DNA of 63,884 nucleotides, filler included, from Octopus bimaculoides (taxonomy: Eukaryota): the NCBI RefSeq assembly GCF_001194135.2. It is 5 parts of 4 records of this genome, joined end to end, with 100 filler letters (N's around TTAATTAATTAA, not from the genome) between each part and the next. Parts side by side here need not be neighbours in the genome. Positions count along the whole stretch, not along the records: positions 59,184 to 63,884 come from NC_068982.1; 4 more parts are not named here. One strand, written 5' to 3'. The first letter of the stretch is position 1. Each line of letters starts with the position of its first letter. Positions 63,587 to 63,884 of the stretch are shown here, in pieces. The notes under the pieces were generated by a model. The model was not told where the DNA came from, did not search any database, and was given only the letters and a program-made list of their open reading frames with translations. A program made the position numbers and the translations under genes.

Positions 63587-63884
63587 ATAAGCTTGTATTA
63601 TATATTAATACGTGTAAATAGCGTAAAAAAATAGCATAGTAAAACAATTATTCCTACAAGATAGCACCTTTCTGGATAAAATCTCCAAGGGTGAGGCTGA
63701 TTGACCAATAGTATTATCAGATGTCATTCCTCATTGGATTAATTTTTTAGGGTTATATGTAACAAGGAATTTTCAAGAAAATTACAGGCTGTTGATGACA
63801 TGATGTAAGTTATATATGTCGTATTATAAGGAAACGATGACAGTTATTAACTTGAAAGAAGCTCCTCATATATGTATATTTATG

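Overview
AT-rich, gap-ridden eukaryotic DNA. The SINE and microsatellite content points to an octopod cephalopod (Octopus-like; inferred, not proven). The only host gene I can support is DPH7/WDR85 (diphthine methyltransferase/methylesterase, WD40) on the minus strand. Four coding exons splice in frame (33225-33362, 30838-31145, 27385-27539, 23822-23894; about 224 aa), and the expected C-terminal exons are not visible. The rest is decayed mobile DNA: two abundant SINE families, a near full-length Tx1/L1-type LINE, Penelope-like elements, RTE and CR1-like fragments, a cluster of R4/Dong-like RLE retrotransposons, mariner/Tc1/pogo, hAT and piggyBac-type remnants, and a 5S rRNA pseudogene. The most interesting signals are: (i) an RLE retrotransposon whose 3' ends and 5' truncation points abut (CATA)n microsatellites, beside a related family tied to (TAA)n; (ii) several hammerhead-ribozyme cores, including a 304-bp palindrome with one on each strand and a retrozyme-like pair 306 bp apart; (iii) a 371-bp foldback element made of head-to-head telomeric repeats. 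All identifications come from reading motifs by eye; no database search or folding program was run, and repeat boundaries are approximate.
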